64,000 bases of DNA from Burkholderiales bacterium (GTDB lineage: Bacteria; Pseudomonadota; Gammaproteobacteria; Burkholderiales; SG8-39). Of this stretch, positions 19,939 to 31,832 are shown in pieces; positions within the stretch are counted from its first letter, which is position 1, and each line of letters starts with the position of its first letter. Position numbers and translations under genes: made by a program. Location of the stretch: NCBI GenBank assembly GCA_033582675.1, contig JAVQZY010000025.1, forward strand, positions 18,850 through 82,849. The letters run 5' to 3'. The notes beneath the pieces were generated by a model. The model was not told the origin of the DNA. It did no database searches and saw only the letters and a program-made list of their open reading frames with translations.

Positions 19939-21850
19939 CTAGCCGCGGAAGAAGCGTTCGACGTCGGCGATCTCGCGCGTCGCGCGCATCGGCGGCAGCG
20001 CCTCGAGGATCGCGCGCCCGTACGGTCGGCGGACGAGCCGCGGATCGCACAGCACGAGCACGCCGCGATCGCTTTCGCCGCGGATGAGGCGCCCGGCGCC
20101 CTGCTTCAGCGCGAGCGCGGCGCGCGGCAGCTGCTCCTCGAGGAACGCGTTGCGCCCGGCGGCGCGCAGCGCCGCGATGCGCGCCGCGATCACCGGGTCG
20201 TCGGGCGGCGCGAACGGCAGCTTGTCGATCAGCACCACCGAGAGCGCCGGCCCGGGCACGTCTACGCCCTCCCAGAACGAGGCGGCGCCGAGCAGCACCG
20301 CGTTGCCGAGGCGCCGAAAGCGCGCGAGCAGCTCGCTGCGCGAGCCGGTTCCCTGAACGAGCAAGGGGTACTCGAGCCGGCCTTCGAGCAGCTCCTGCGC
20401 GCGGCGCAGCGCGCGCAGCGTCGTAAAGAGCAGAAACGCGCGCCCGCCGCTTGCCGCGAGCACCGGAAGCGCCGCCGCGACGACCGCGGCGGTGAACTCG
20501 GGCGCGTTCGGGTCGGGCGGCAGGCCCGGCGGCAGATAGAGGAGCGCCTGCCGCCCGTAATCGAACGGGCTCGGCCAGCTGCGCGTTTCGGCTTTCTCGA
20601 GGCCGAGTTCGCGCGTAAAGTGCGAGAAATCGCCCGCCACCGCGAGCGTGGCCGACACGAAGATCCAGGCGCGCGGATGCTCATCCATCGCGCGCCGCAG
20701 CGGCTCGGCAGGCGAAGCGGCGTCGCATGAAGTTGCACGGCCTTTTCGTGCACCTCGACCCAGCGTACCGCCTCGGGCGCCTCGGAGCCCGCGAGCCGCG
20801 CGAGCATCGCCGCGGCTGTCCCGGCGCGACGCGCGCAGGCGCCGAGCCCTTCGGAGCGCTCGGCCTGCGCCGCGAGCCGCTCGCCGAGCCGCTCGAGCGC
20901 GCCGCGCAGCGCGGCGAACGCCTGCGCGAACGGGGGCGCGCGAGCGCCTGCTTCCACGCAAGGCGCGCCGGTTCGGCCTCGAGCGCAAGCCGCAGATCGC
21001 GCGCCGACTTTTCCAGCTTCGCGGCGAGCGCCTCGGTCTGCGGGTCGGCGCCGCCCGCCGCGCGCAGCTCGAGCCGCGCATCGCGCGCGAGCTCGATCAG
21101 CTGGCCGCTCGAGACGCTCTCGCCGAAGAACTGGCGCGCGGCGTCAGGGAGCTGATGCGCCTCGTCGAGGATCACGGTGTCGGCCGCCGGCAGCAGCTCG
21201 GCCACACCCTCGTCGCGCAGTACAACGTCGGCGAAGAACAGATGATGGTTGATCACGACGACGTCGGCATCCTGCGCCTCGCGCCGCGCCCGCATGACGA
21301 AGCAGTCGCGAAAGCGCGGGCACGGCTGCCCGAGGCAGTTCTCGCGCGTCGAGGTCGCGAGCGACCACACCGGCGCGTCTTCCGCGATGTCGGCGAGTTC
21401 GGCGCGGTCGCCGCTCGCGCTCGCGCGCGCGAACCGCTCGATTTGCCGCAGCTGCTGCGCCTGCGCGTCGGGGCGACGTCCTGCGGCCTCCTCGAGCGCG
21501 CGCTCCAGGCGGTGCAGGCAGACGTAGTTCGCGCGGCCCTTCAGGCGCGCGACCGTCGCCCCGGCGCCGAGCGCCGCGCGCATCGCGGGAATGTCGCGCT
21601 CGTAAAGCTGGTCCTGAAGCGTCTTCGTGCCGGTCGAGACGATGACCTTGCCGCCGGCAAGGAGCGCCGGGGCGAGGTACGCGAAGGTCTTTCCGGCGCC
21701 GGTGCCCGCCTCGAGCGCGAGCGCGCGGCGCGCGCGGATCGCCGCGAGGATCGCCTCGGCCATCTCGAGCTGCTGCGGGCGCGGACGGTAGCCGGGAATG
21801 CGCGCCGGCGAGCGGCCCGTCCGCCGCGAAAAGGCGCTCGAGCGGCCTCA
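19939..21850 (-). CDS. DinG/YoaA-family ATP-dependent DNA helicase (several indels; start uncertain)
   Basis: EAGTGAGKT, KGRANYVC, Fe-S cysteines ENCLGQPCPRFRDC, DEAH, FWEGVDVPG, KQGAGRLIR. Confidence 0.9.
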
Positions 21851-22623
21851 GGGCGCCTCGTCCACCCTGATCCACACCGAGCCCGCGGCGCGCGCCTCGC
21901 GGGTCGAGACGACGTCGCCTGCGCCCGCGGTCGAAGACAGGGCGACGCCGCCCACCTCGATCCACTGGCCGAGCCGTCCGCTCACGACCGTCGCCACGCG
22001 CTCGCGCCGGACGCCGCCGCCTGCGGCGAGGGCCTCCCGCTCGGGGAAAGATCTCGAGCGTCACGGTGTCGCCCGACACCCGCGCGAGCACCTCGAAACC
22101 GGTGCTCGCCTGCTCAAGCGTCGTCGTTTCCTGCTGGATCACGCGACCGGCCGGCGTCAGCACCGTTCGCCGCTCGACGATCGGGCGCGACTCGCCGATC
22201 GCGACCCAGGCGCGCGCGCCCTCGAGCACCTGTACGCGCTGCTCGACGCTCTCGCGCAGCTTCGTCGTCGTCTCGCCGATGCGCACGGTCGCGGCGGGGT
22301 CGCGGGCCGATTCGCACCCGCGCCTCGAGATCGCTCGCCTGCTGCGCGGCGCTCGCGCCTTGGCGCACCGCGATGACGAGCCGCCGCGGCGGCCGGTCGA
22401 GCGAGGCGATCGCGCTGCGGATCTCCTCGAGGTTTCGCGGGCTCGCGCGAACGATCAGCTGATAGCCCTGACCGGTGAGGACTCCGCCCGGTTCGACCAG
22501 CGGTCGCAGGATCGGGATCAGCTCCTCGGCGGTGCGGCTGCGAAGCGGCAGCACCTCGAGTTGCGGCTGCGCGAGCGCCTCGATCGCGAGCAAGGCAAGC
22601 AGAACGGAAAGCGATCCCTTCAT
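21848..22623 (-). CDS. Secretin N-terminal (NolW-like) domain exported protein (indels near 22300 and 22045)
   Basis: Signal peptide, LEVLPLRSRTAEELIPILRPLV, ASLDRPPRRLVIAV, QRVQVLEG, SGRLGQWIEVGG. Confidence 0.7.
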
Positions 22624-22755
22624 TGCCGGCAGGCGCCGACGGCAAGGCTGGGGCGCGTTCGCGCAGCCGAACCGTTCTCATCTGCGCGGACCGGCGAGCG
22701 GGGCGAGCGGCCGAGGTTGCATTTTTCGTCGGACTGCGTATAAGTCGCCTTAATT

Positions 22756-23278
22756 ATGCGCGCGAAGTCTATGTATTTGCTGGCCTTTGTTGCGCTGCTA
22801 GAGGCCTGCGCAGCGATCGGCCCGCAGCCGCGACGAAGCGCCCTCGCCGCCTCGCCCGGAGGCGACCGAGGCGCGCAGCCGCGCCGAGGCGATCCTCCAG
22901 GCGCTTCTTGCGCTCGGGGTCGATTACCGCAACGGCGGCGATTCTCCGGCTCTCGGGTTCGACTGTAGCGGATTGGTCGCGCATGTGTTTCGCGGAGCGC
23001 GGCCCGGCGTCAAAGAGCTTCCGCGCAACAGCCGGGCGCAGAGCGCGGCCGGCATCCCCGTGAGCGCATCCGAGCTGCGGGCGGGCGATCTCGTTTTCTA
23101 CGACACGCTCGGCAGCCCTTATTTCCACGTCGGCATCTACCTCGGCGACGGCCGCTTCGTTCATGCGCCGCGCTCGGGCGCCAAAGTGCGCATCGAGTCG
23201 ATGAACAGCCCGTACTGGCGCTCGCGGTTCAACGGCGCACGACGGATCGATCCCGGAACGCGGGTGTCCAGTTTTTGA
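22756..23278 (+). CDS. NlpC/P60 (C40) cell-wall peptidase lipoprotein (indel near 22870)
   Basis: Lipobox-like LEAC, GVDYRNGG...GFDCSGLV, GDLVFY, HVGIYLGDGRFVHAP. Confidence 0.88.
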
Positions 23279-23320
23279 CAACGGTTCTCATTTGTGTTGG
23301 AATGAGAATCGTTGTCATTT
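23275..23320 (+). promoter_or_regulatory. Promoter of the Fe3+-binding protein gene with two Fur-like boxes
   Basis: TTGACA (23275), 17-nt spacer, TGGAAT (23298). 7-1-7 boxes TGACAAC-G-GTTCTCA (23276-23290) and TGAGAAT-C-GTTGTCA (23303-23317). Confidence 0.75.
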
Positions 23321-23333
23321 GTAAGGAGCCCCC

Positions 23334-24362
23334 GTGAACGTTCGCATCGCTCGCATCCTCGCGCTCGCGTCCGGAATGACCGTCGCCGCAGGCGCGCTGT
23401 CCCAGGACAAGGTTCTCAACCTCTATACCTCGCGGCATTACCAGACCGACGAGGCGCTCTACGCCGGTTTCACCAAGGCGACCGGGATCCGCATCAACCG
23501 CATCGAGGCACCCGAGGACGCGCTGATCGAGCGCCTGCGCAACGAAGGCGCGCGAAGCCCCGCGGATGTGCTGATCACCGTGGACGCCGGCCGCCTCTGG
23601 CGCGCCGAGCAGATGGGGCTCTTTCAGCCGGTGAAGTCGGCGTTTCTGGATGCGCGCATCCCCGCCGCGTACCGCGAGCCGGGCGGCCTGTGGTACGGGT
23701 TTTCGCTTCGCGCGCGCGTGATCGCCTACCACAAGGCGAAGGTGAAGCCCGAGGAAGTCCCGACCTACGAGTCGCTCGCCGAGCCGAAGTGGAGAGGAAG
23801 GATCTGCGTGCGCTCGGCGACCAACATCTACAGCCTCTCGCTCATGAGCGCGCTCATCCATCACCTCGGGCCGCAGAAGGCCGAGGAATGGGCGCGCGCG
23901 GTCAAGGCGAACCTCGCCCGCGACCCGAAAGGCGGCGACACGGACCAGCTCCGTTCGGTCGCTGCGGGCGAGTGCGATGTCGCGATCTCCAACCACTACT
24001 ACTACGCGCGGCTTGCGCGTTCGGACAAGCCCGAAGACCGCGCGGTCGTCGAGCGGGTGGGTATCGTGTTTCCGAACCAGGCGAGCTGGGGAACCCACGT
24101 CAACGTCTCCGGCGCCGGCGTGGCGAGGCACGCGCCGAATCGCGAGGCGGCGGTGCGGTTCCTCGAATACCTCGCGAGCGACGAGGCGCAGCGCTATTTC
24201 GCGGACGGCAACAACGAGTGGCCGGCGGTGCCGGGCGTCAAAACCGAGAACCCCGCGCTTGCCGTCCTCGGCGAGTTTCGGCGCGATGCGCTGAACGTCG
24301 CGGTGCTCGGCCGCAATCAGCCGGAAGCCCAGAAGATCTACGATCGCGCCGGCTGGAAGTGA
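23334..24362 (+). CDS. fbpA: Fe(III) ABC transporter substrate-binding protein (FbpA/FutA type)
   Basis: Signal peptide, LYTSRHY, SPADVLITVDAGRL, GGDTDQ, NHYYY, GTHVNVSG. Confidence 0.9.
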   Translation: MNVRIARILALASGMTVAAGALSQDKVLNLYTSRHYQTDEALYAGFTKATGIRINRIEAPEDALIERLRNEGARSPADVLITVDAGRLWRAEQMGLFQPVKSAFLDARIPAAYREPGGLWYGFSLRARVIAYHKAKVKPEEVPTYESLAEPKWRGRICVRSATNIYSLSLMSALIHHLGPQKAEEWARAVKANLARDPKGGDTDQLRSVAAGECDVAISNHYYYARLARSDKPEDRAVVERVGIVFPNQASWGTHVNVSGAGVARHAPNREAAVRFLEYLASDEAQRYFADGNNEWPAVPGVKTENPALAVLGEFRRDALNVAVLGRNQPEAQKIYDRAGWK

Positions 24363-24372
24363 GCGCCGGAGA

Positions 24373-26013
24373 TCAGCCGCGCGGCGCGCCGGCCCCGCGC
24401 CGCGCGAGCGCGACGAGCGGCAGCACCCCGACCGCCACGATCACGAGCGAGGGCACGGCGGCTTCGGCGAGCCGCTCGTCCTTTGCGAGGTTGTAGGCCT
24501 CGATGGCGAGCGTGTCGAAGTTGAAGGGCCGGAGCGCAAAAGTGGCGGGCAGCTCCTTCATCACGTCGACGAACAGAAGGAGCGCCGCGGCGGCGAGGCT
24601 CGAGGCGAGAAGCGGTGCGTGCACGCGCGCAAGCACCTGCGCGGGCGATGCGCCGAGACTGCGCGCCGCGTCGTCCATGCGCGGGGTCACCTTCGCGAGC
24701 CCCGCTTCCACCGTCTGCAGCGCGACCGCGAGGAAGCGAACGAGGTAGGCGTACACGAGCGCCGCCATCGTGCCGGTGAAGACGAGCCCGAGGCGCACGC
24801 CGCTCGCCTGCTCGAGGAGATCCGCGAGCCAGTTGTCCAGCCGCGCGAGCGGGCCGAGTATGCCGACGGCGACGACCGCGCCGGGCAGCGCGTAGCCGAG
24901 CGCCGCGGCGCGGTTCGCGAGCGCGACCGCCGCCGCCGCGCGCCCGCGCGCAAGCCGCGCGCCGTAGGCCATCGCCGCGGCGAGCGCGACGCCGACGAGC
25001 GCCGCGGCGCCGGCGAGCAGGAAGCTGTTCGCGACGAGCGTCGCAAGGCGCGCGCCCGGCCGCGCGGCCGGGTCGGAGATCGCCAGATGAACCAGCAGCC
25101 CCGCAGGCAACAGGAACCCGAGCGCGACCGGCACCAGGCAGGCGACCGCGGCCGCGACCGCGCGCGCCCCCGCAGCCGCTCGCGCGGCGCCGGCTTGCGG
25201 GCGGTCGGCGCGAACGAGGCGCGCCCGCGGCTCGCGCGCTCGAGCGCGATCACGAGCGCGACGAACCCGAGCAGGCAGGCCGAGAGCTGGCTCGCGGCGG
25301 CGAGATCGCCCATCGCGAGCCACGCCTTGAAAATGCCGGTCGTGAATACCTCGAGCGCAAAGTAGGACACCGTGCCGAAGTCGGCGAGCGTTTCCATCAG
25401 CGCGAGCGCGGTTCCGGCGGCGATCGCCGGCCGCGCCATCGGAAGCGCCACGCGCCAGAAGCTCCCCCAGGCGCTCAGACCCGCAAGCCGCCCGGCCTCG
25501 AGCGCGCTGCGCGAAGTGTCGGCGAACGCGGTGCGCGCGAGGAGGTACACGTACGGATAGAACGCGAACGACAGCACCGCGACCGCGCCCGGCAGCGAGC
25601 GGATCTCGGGAAACCAGTACTCGCGCGCCTGCCAGCCGGTGAGCGCGCGAAGCGCGGATTGCACCGGGCCGGTGAACTGCAGCCAGTCGGTGTACGCGTA
25701 CGCCATCACGTATGCCGGCATCGCGAGCGGGAGCGCGAGCATCCATTCGAGCGAACGCCGCCCGCGGAAGTCGTAGGCGGTGACGAGCCAAGCGCTCGGC
25801 ACGCCGATCGCGATCACGCCCGCCGCAACCCCCGCCGCGAGCAGCGCGGTGTTCGCGACGTAGGTGCCGAGCACCGTGTTCGCCAAGGTGGGCCCAGGTC
25901 TCGGTCGCCGGGCTCGCGAGGCTCGCGAGCACCGAGACGATCGGCAGCAGAATCAGCCCGGCCGAGGCGAACGATATCGCGCCGAGTGTCCCGATCCTTT
26001 GAAAATCAAGCAC
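24373..26013 (-). CDS. fbpB: Fe(III) ABC transporter permease (indels near 25885 and 25170)
   Basis: LPLAMPAYVMAYAY, YPYVYLLAR, METLADFGTV, FVDVMKELPAT. Confidence 0.88.
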   Translation of the reverse strand: MLDFQRIGTLGAISFASAGLILLPIVSVLASLASPATETWAHLGEHGARHLRREHRAARGGGCGGRDRDRRAERLARHRLRLPRAAFARMDARAPARDAGIRDGVRVHRLAAVHRPGAIRASRAHRLAGARVLVSRDPLAAGRGRGAVVRVLSVRVPPRAHRVRRHFAQRARGRAACGSERLGELLARGASDGAAGDRRRNRARADGNARRLRHGVLLCARGIHDRHFQGVARDGRSRRREPALGLPARVRRARDRARAREPRARLVRADRPQAGAARAAAGARAVAAAVACLVPVALGFLLPAGLLVHLAISDPAARPGARLATLVANSFLLAGAAALVGVALAAAMAYGARLARGRAAAAVALANRAAALGYALPGAVVAVGILGPLARLDNWLADLLEQASGVRLGLVFTGTMAALVYAYLVRFLAVALQTVEAGLAKVTPRMDDAARSLGASPAQVLARVHAPLLASSLAAAALLLFVDVMKELPATFALRPFNFDTLAIEAYNLAKDERLAEAAVPSLVIVAVGVLPLVALARRGAGAPRG

Positions 26014-26018
26014 TCCCG

Positions 26019-26047
26019 ATTCTAACAAGAATGATTCTTGCTACAAT
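26019..26047. promoter_or_regulatory. Divergent fbpB/fbpC promoters around one perfect Fur-like palindrome
   Basis: CAAGAAT-G-ATTCTTG (26026-26040) between TAGAAT (-, 26024-26019) and TACAAT (+, 26042-26047). Confidence 0.7.
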
Positions 26048-26054
26048 TTCGGCG

Positions 26055-27129
26055 ATGTCCGCGACCGACGCACCGCTTCTCGTCGTCGAGCATCTCGCCC
26101 ACGCCTACAACGGCCACGAGGTCGTGCGCGACCTGTCGTTCTCGCTCGCGCGCGGCGCGATCGGCTGCCTGCTCGGTCCGAGCGGCTGCGGCAAGACGAC
26201 GGTGCTGCGCTGTATCGCCGGCTTCGAGACGCCGCGCGCGGGCCGGATTCTTCTCGCCGGCGTCGAGGTGTCCTCGCCCGCGCGGCACGTGCCGCCCGAG
26301 AAGCGCCGCGTCGGAATGGTATTCCAGGAGCACGCGCTGTTTCCGCACCTGACGGCGGCGGCGAACATCGCCTTCGGCCTGCCGCGCGCCGAGGCGCGCG
26401 CGCGCGTGCGCGAACTGGCCGAACTCACCGGCCTCGAGGGGCTGCTCGACAAGTACCCGCACGAACTGTCCGGCGGCCAGCAGCAGCGCGTCGCGATCGC
26501 GCGCGCGCTCGCGCCGCGGCCGGAACTCCTGCTTCTCGACGAGCCGTTCTCCAGCCTCGACACCGATCTGCGCGAGAAGCTCTCGCTCGAGGTGCGCGAC
26601 ATCATCAAGGCCTCGGGGGCGACCGCGATTCTCGTCACCCACGACCAGCACGAGGCGTTCGCGCTCGCCGACGAGATCGGCGTGCTGCGCGACGGCCGCA
26701 TCGAGCAATGGGACAGCGCCTACAATCTTTACCACCGGCCGGCGAGCCGCTTCGTCGCCGATTTCGTCGGGCAGGGCGTTTTTCTGCCGGCGCGCGTGCT
26801 CAGCTCGCGCCGGGTCGAGATCGAGCTGGGCGTGCTGGAGGGCGAGATCCCGCCACCAGTGCGAACGGGGCTGCGACGCCTGCGGCCGCGGCTGTGTCGC
26901 GGAGGTGCTGCTTCGGCCCGACGACGTGGTGCACGACGACGCCTCCCCCACGCGCGCCGAGGTGGTGCACAAGGCGTTCCGCGGCGCCGAGATCCTCTAT
27001 ACGCTGCGGCTGGACAGCGGCCGGCAGGTGCTCGCGCTCGTGCCCTCGCACCACAACCACGCGATCGGCGAGAAAATCGGCATCCGGCTGGACGCCGATC
27101 ACGTGGTCGCTTTTGCGCCCCGCGGCTAA
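26055..27129 (+). CDS. fbpC: Fe(III) ABC transporter ATP-binding protein (indel near 26852)
   Basis: GPSGCGKT, LSGGQQQR, LLLDEPF, VTHD, and a C-terminal TOBE-like domain. Confidence 0.88.
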
Positions 27130-27145
27130 CGCGGCGCGCGCTGCC

Positions 27146-27946
27146 TCACTCCTCCCTCAGGTCGAAAATCACCGGGATCTCGACGCTGAACTCGCGCCCG
27201 CGCAGCGCCGGCGGAACGGGTGTGCGCGCCTGCGCGCTGCGGAGCATGTCGAGCGCCTGCTGATCGAGCACCGGATAGCCGCTGCTCGAGGCGACTGCGA
27301 CCGCCGCGAGGGCGCCGCCCGGTGCGATCGCGACGCGCACGGTGACGCGCCCCTGCCAGTTGTTTTCGCGCGCAAGGCGCGGGTAGCGGCGGAACGCGCG
27401 CGCCGCCTCCATGAGCGCGATCCGGTACTGCGCGAGCGTGTTCGCCTCCTCGGCCGCGGAAAACCCCGCGGCGGCCGCCCGTTCGCGCTCGATCGCTGCG
27501 GCGCAGCGCTCTGCGGGCGGCGCGACCGCGGGCGGCGCCGGTTCGGCGGCGCTTGCCGGCGCCGGCTCCGCGCCGGGCGCAGCGAGGGGCGGGGCCGGCG
27601 GCGTCGCCGCAGGCGGCGCGACCCCGGCAGCGGCGGTGACGACCGCTTCCGACGGTTCCGGCCGCGCGCTCGGCGGAGCGCGCACCGCGGAGCGCTGCGG
27701 CGGCGGCTCGCGCGCGGCGGTGCCGTCGCGCGCAGGCTCTGCGCGCGGCACCGGCGCAGGCGGCGCATCGGGCGCCGTAAGCCGCGCGCGAATAGCGCCG
27801 GGCACGATCCGCATGTGCTCTCGCGCGACCCACTGCGGGAACCCGAGCGCGAACGCAAGGTGCAGGAACACCGACGCGGCGAGCGCGCCCGCGAGCAGGC
27901 GCAGGTCGCGCTTGCGCGCGCGCACCTTCCAGCCGGCCAGCGCCAT
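27146..27946 (-). CDS. TonB-family protein
   Basis: TM anchor ASVFLHL, Pro/Ala-rich linker, YPRLARENNWQGRVTV...SSSGYPVLDQQAL...IPVIF. Confidence 0.85.
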   Translation of the reverse strand: MALAGWKVRARKRDLRLLAGALAASVFLHLAFALGFPQWVAREHMRIVPGAIRARLTAPDAPPAPVPRAEPARDGTAAREPPPQRSAVRAPPSARPEPSEAVVTAAAGVAPPAATPPAPPLAAPGAEPAPASAAEPAPPAVAPPAERCAAAIERERAAAAGFSAAEEANTLAQYRIALMEAARAFRRYPRLARENNWQGRVTVRVAIAPGGALAAVAVASSSGYPVLDQQALDMLRSAQARTPVPPALRGREFSVEIPVIFDLREE

Positions 27947-27964
27947 CCCCCCTCCGGGAGGCGA

Positions 27965-30294
27965 CTATACCGCGGCGAGCGCGCGCCAGATTTTCTCCGC
28001 GGTGAGCGGCATGTCGAGGTCCTCGATACCGCGCTCGGCCAGGGCATCGAGCACCGCACTCACGATCGCGGGGGTAGCGCCGATCGTTCCGAGTTCCCCG
28101 ACCCCTTTCACCCCGAGAAGGTTGGTGCGACAGGGCACGCTCTCGTCGAACGTCGGATGCATCGGCGGCAACTGGTCGGCGCGCGGCAGGCTGTAGTCCG
28201 TCGGCGACCCGGTGAGCAGCTGGCCGCTTTCCGGGTCGTAGCGGACCGCCTCCCACAGCGCCTGCCCCGCGCCCTGCGCGATGCCGCCGTGGATCTGCCC
28301 TTCGACGATCGTGCGGTTGATGATGCGGCCGATGTCATCGGCGCTCGCGATCGCCGCGAGCGTCACCTCGCCGGTCTCCGGGTCGATCTCGACCTCTGCG
28401 ACCTGCGCCCCGTTCGGCCACGAAGGCGCAGACGGCGTCTCGGTCGCCGAGACGCGGAACCGCCCCTCGGGCTGGCGCGCGGCGAGGTCCGCGAGCGCGA
28501 TCGAGCGGTCGGTGCCGGCGACGACGAAGCGCCCGTCGCGGTACTCGAGATCGGGCGCCGCGGCCTCGAGCGCCTCGGCCGCAAGCGCCCTTCCCGGACG
28601 ATCACCTCGCGACCGGCGGCAGCCACCGCCGAGCCGCCGACGAAGGCCGAGCGGGAGCCGACGCTGCCCACACCGTTCGCCCGATCGGTGTCTCCCTGAA
28701 CGATTCGCACCTTCTCCGGCGCGATCCCGAGCACCTCGCAAACGAGCTGCGTATAGCTCGTCTCGAGCCCCTGCCCCATCGCCATCGTGCCCGAGTAGAC
28801 CGTGACCGTGCCGTCTGCCGCGACCTCGATGTCCGCCGTCTCCGTCGGAAGCGCCCCGGTCCACTCCAGATACGCCGCGATGCCGAGCCCGCGCAGCCGG
28901 CCGCGGCGGCGCGATTCCTCGCGGCGCGCGGCGAACCCGGCGACATCGGCGGCCTTCAATGCGGCCTCGAGCATCCTCGCGAATTCGCCCGAGTCGTAAA
29001 CGTCCCCGAGCCAGGTGCGCCACGGAAACGCCCCCGGCGGCACGAAGTTGCGCCGACGGATCTCGGCGCGGTCCATCCCCAGCCTGCGCGCCGCCTTGTC
29101 CATCAGGCGCTCCATCAGGAAGTTCGCCTCGGGGCGGCCGGCGCCGCGGTACGCGCCGGTCGCCATCGTGTTGGTGAGCACGCCGCGCACCCGGTAGGCC
29201 ACCGCCGGCACCCGATAGACCGAGGTCACCACCTTCGGCCCGAGCCCGAGCGGAACGATCATCGTCGAGGCGACCGGCACCGCGCCGAGGTTGGCGAGCG
29301 CGTCCACCTCGAGCGCGAGGATCCGCCCCTCGGCATCGAGCGCGAGCCGCGCGCGAAAGTGCTGATCGCGCCCCATGTGCGCGGCGAGGAACTCTTCGCT
29401 GCGGTCTGCGCGCCACTCCACCGCGCGGCCGAGCTTGCGCGCTGCGTAGCAGGCGAGCGCGTCCTCGACGTAGACCCCGGTCTTCATGCCGAAGCCGCCG
29501 CCCATGTCGCCGACGACGACGCGGAACGCCTCCGGCTTCGTGCCGAACGCCGCGGCGAGCGCATCGCGCGCCGCCGTGGGCTGTTGCGTCTGGGTGTAGA
29601 GCGTGAAGCGGCCGTCGCGGTATTCGGCGAGCGCCGCGCGCGGCTCGAGCGGCACGGCGGCGAGCCGCTGGCTCGCGATCGCGACCTCGACGACGTGCGC
29701 GGCGCGCGCGAACGCCGCCTCGACCGCCGCCGGATCGCCGTAGCGCGCCTCCGCCGCGACGTTGTCCGGCGCCGCCGGCCACAGCACCGGCGCGCCGGGG
29801 GCAAGCGCCTGCTCTGGCGTCACCGCGCACGGCAGCGGCTCGTACTGGACTGAGACGAGTTCGGCCGCATGTCCTGCGCTTGCGCGCGCGTTTCGGCGAT
29901 CACCGCCGCGACCGGATGGCCGACGTAGAGGACTCTCGCATCGGCGAGCAGCGTGCGCGGCGGCGCGGCGGCGGGCGCGCCGTCGGCGCGCTGAAAAAGC
30001 GGCGGAATCGGAAGCGCCCCTACGCCGTCGGCCCTAAGTTCGGCGGCGGTGTAGACGGCGAGCACGCCGGGCGCCCGGCGCGCATCGCTCGCCTCGATCG
30101 AGACGATCCGCGCGTGCGCGTGCGGCGAGCGAACGACGACCATCCACGCCTGCCCGGGCAAGTTCCCGGTCGTCGCTGAAAAGGCCGCGGCCTGCGAGCA
30201 GCCGGTCGTCCTCCAGGCGCTTTTGCGTGCGCGAGGCGCCGAAGCGGGCGATCGAGGGATCGAACTGCGTTTGCGGCAACGGCGGAGCGTTCAT
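27965..30294 (-). CDS. Xanthine dehydrogenase-family molybdopterin-binding large subunit, CoxL form II-like (several indels)
   Basis: KRLEDDRLL, RSPHAHARI, MGGGFGMK, AYRGAGRPEA, GSVGSRS, EGQIHGG, KGVGE. Confidence 0.88.
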
Positions 30295-30333
30295 GAGCGA
30301 CGGAGCGAGCGGACGCGGAGCGCAGAATCGGAT

Positions 30334-30423
30334 TGGCGGAGAGAGAGGGATTCGAACCCCCGGTACCCTTGCGGGTACAACAGATTTCGAGTCTGCCGCA
30401 TTCGACCACTCTGCCATCTCTCC
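30334..30423 (-). tRNA. tRNA-Ser (anticodon CGA)
   Basis: GGAGAGATGGCAGAGTGG...GCAGA-CTCGAAA-TCTGT, long variable arm, GTTCGAATC, ends in GCCA. 90 nt. TACAAT upstream at 30450-30445. Confidence 0.97.
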
Positions 30424-30507
30424 GCGGTCGAAACGCAGGGGCGCATTGTATCAGCCGCGCAAGGCGCGGCCGCGCGCCGCGCCGGGCAAGGCGCCTGCGC
30501 TGTCGTT

Positions 30508-31828
<1,321 letters not shown>

Positions 31829-31832
<4 letters not shown>

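Noticed and set aside
27965-30294. Aerobic CO dehydrogenase
   Set aside because: The loop is AYRGAGR, not the form I AYXCSFR, and no coxMS or accessory genes are present.
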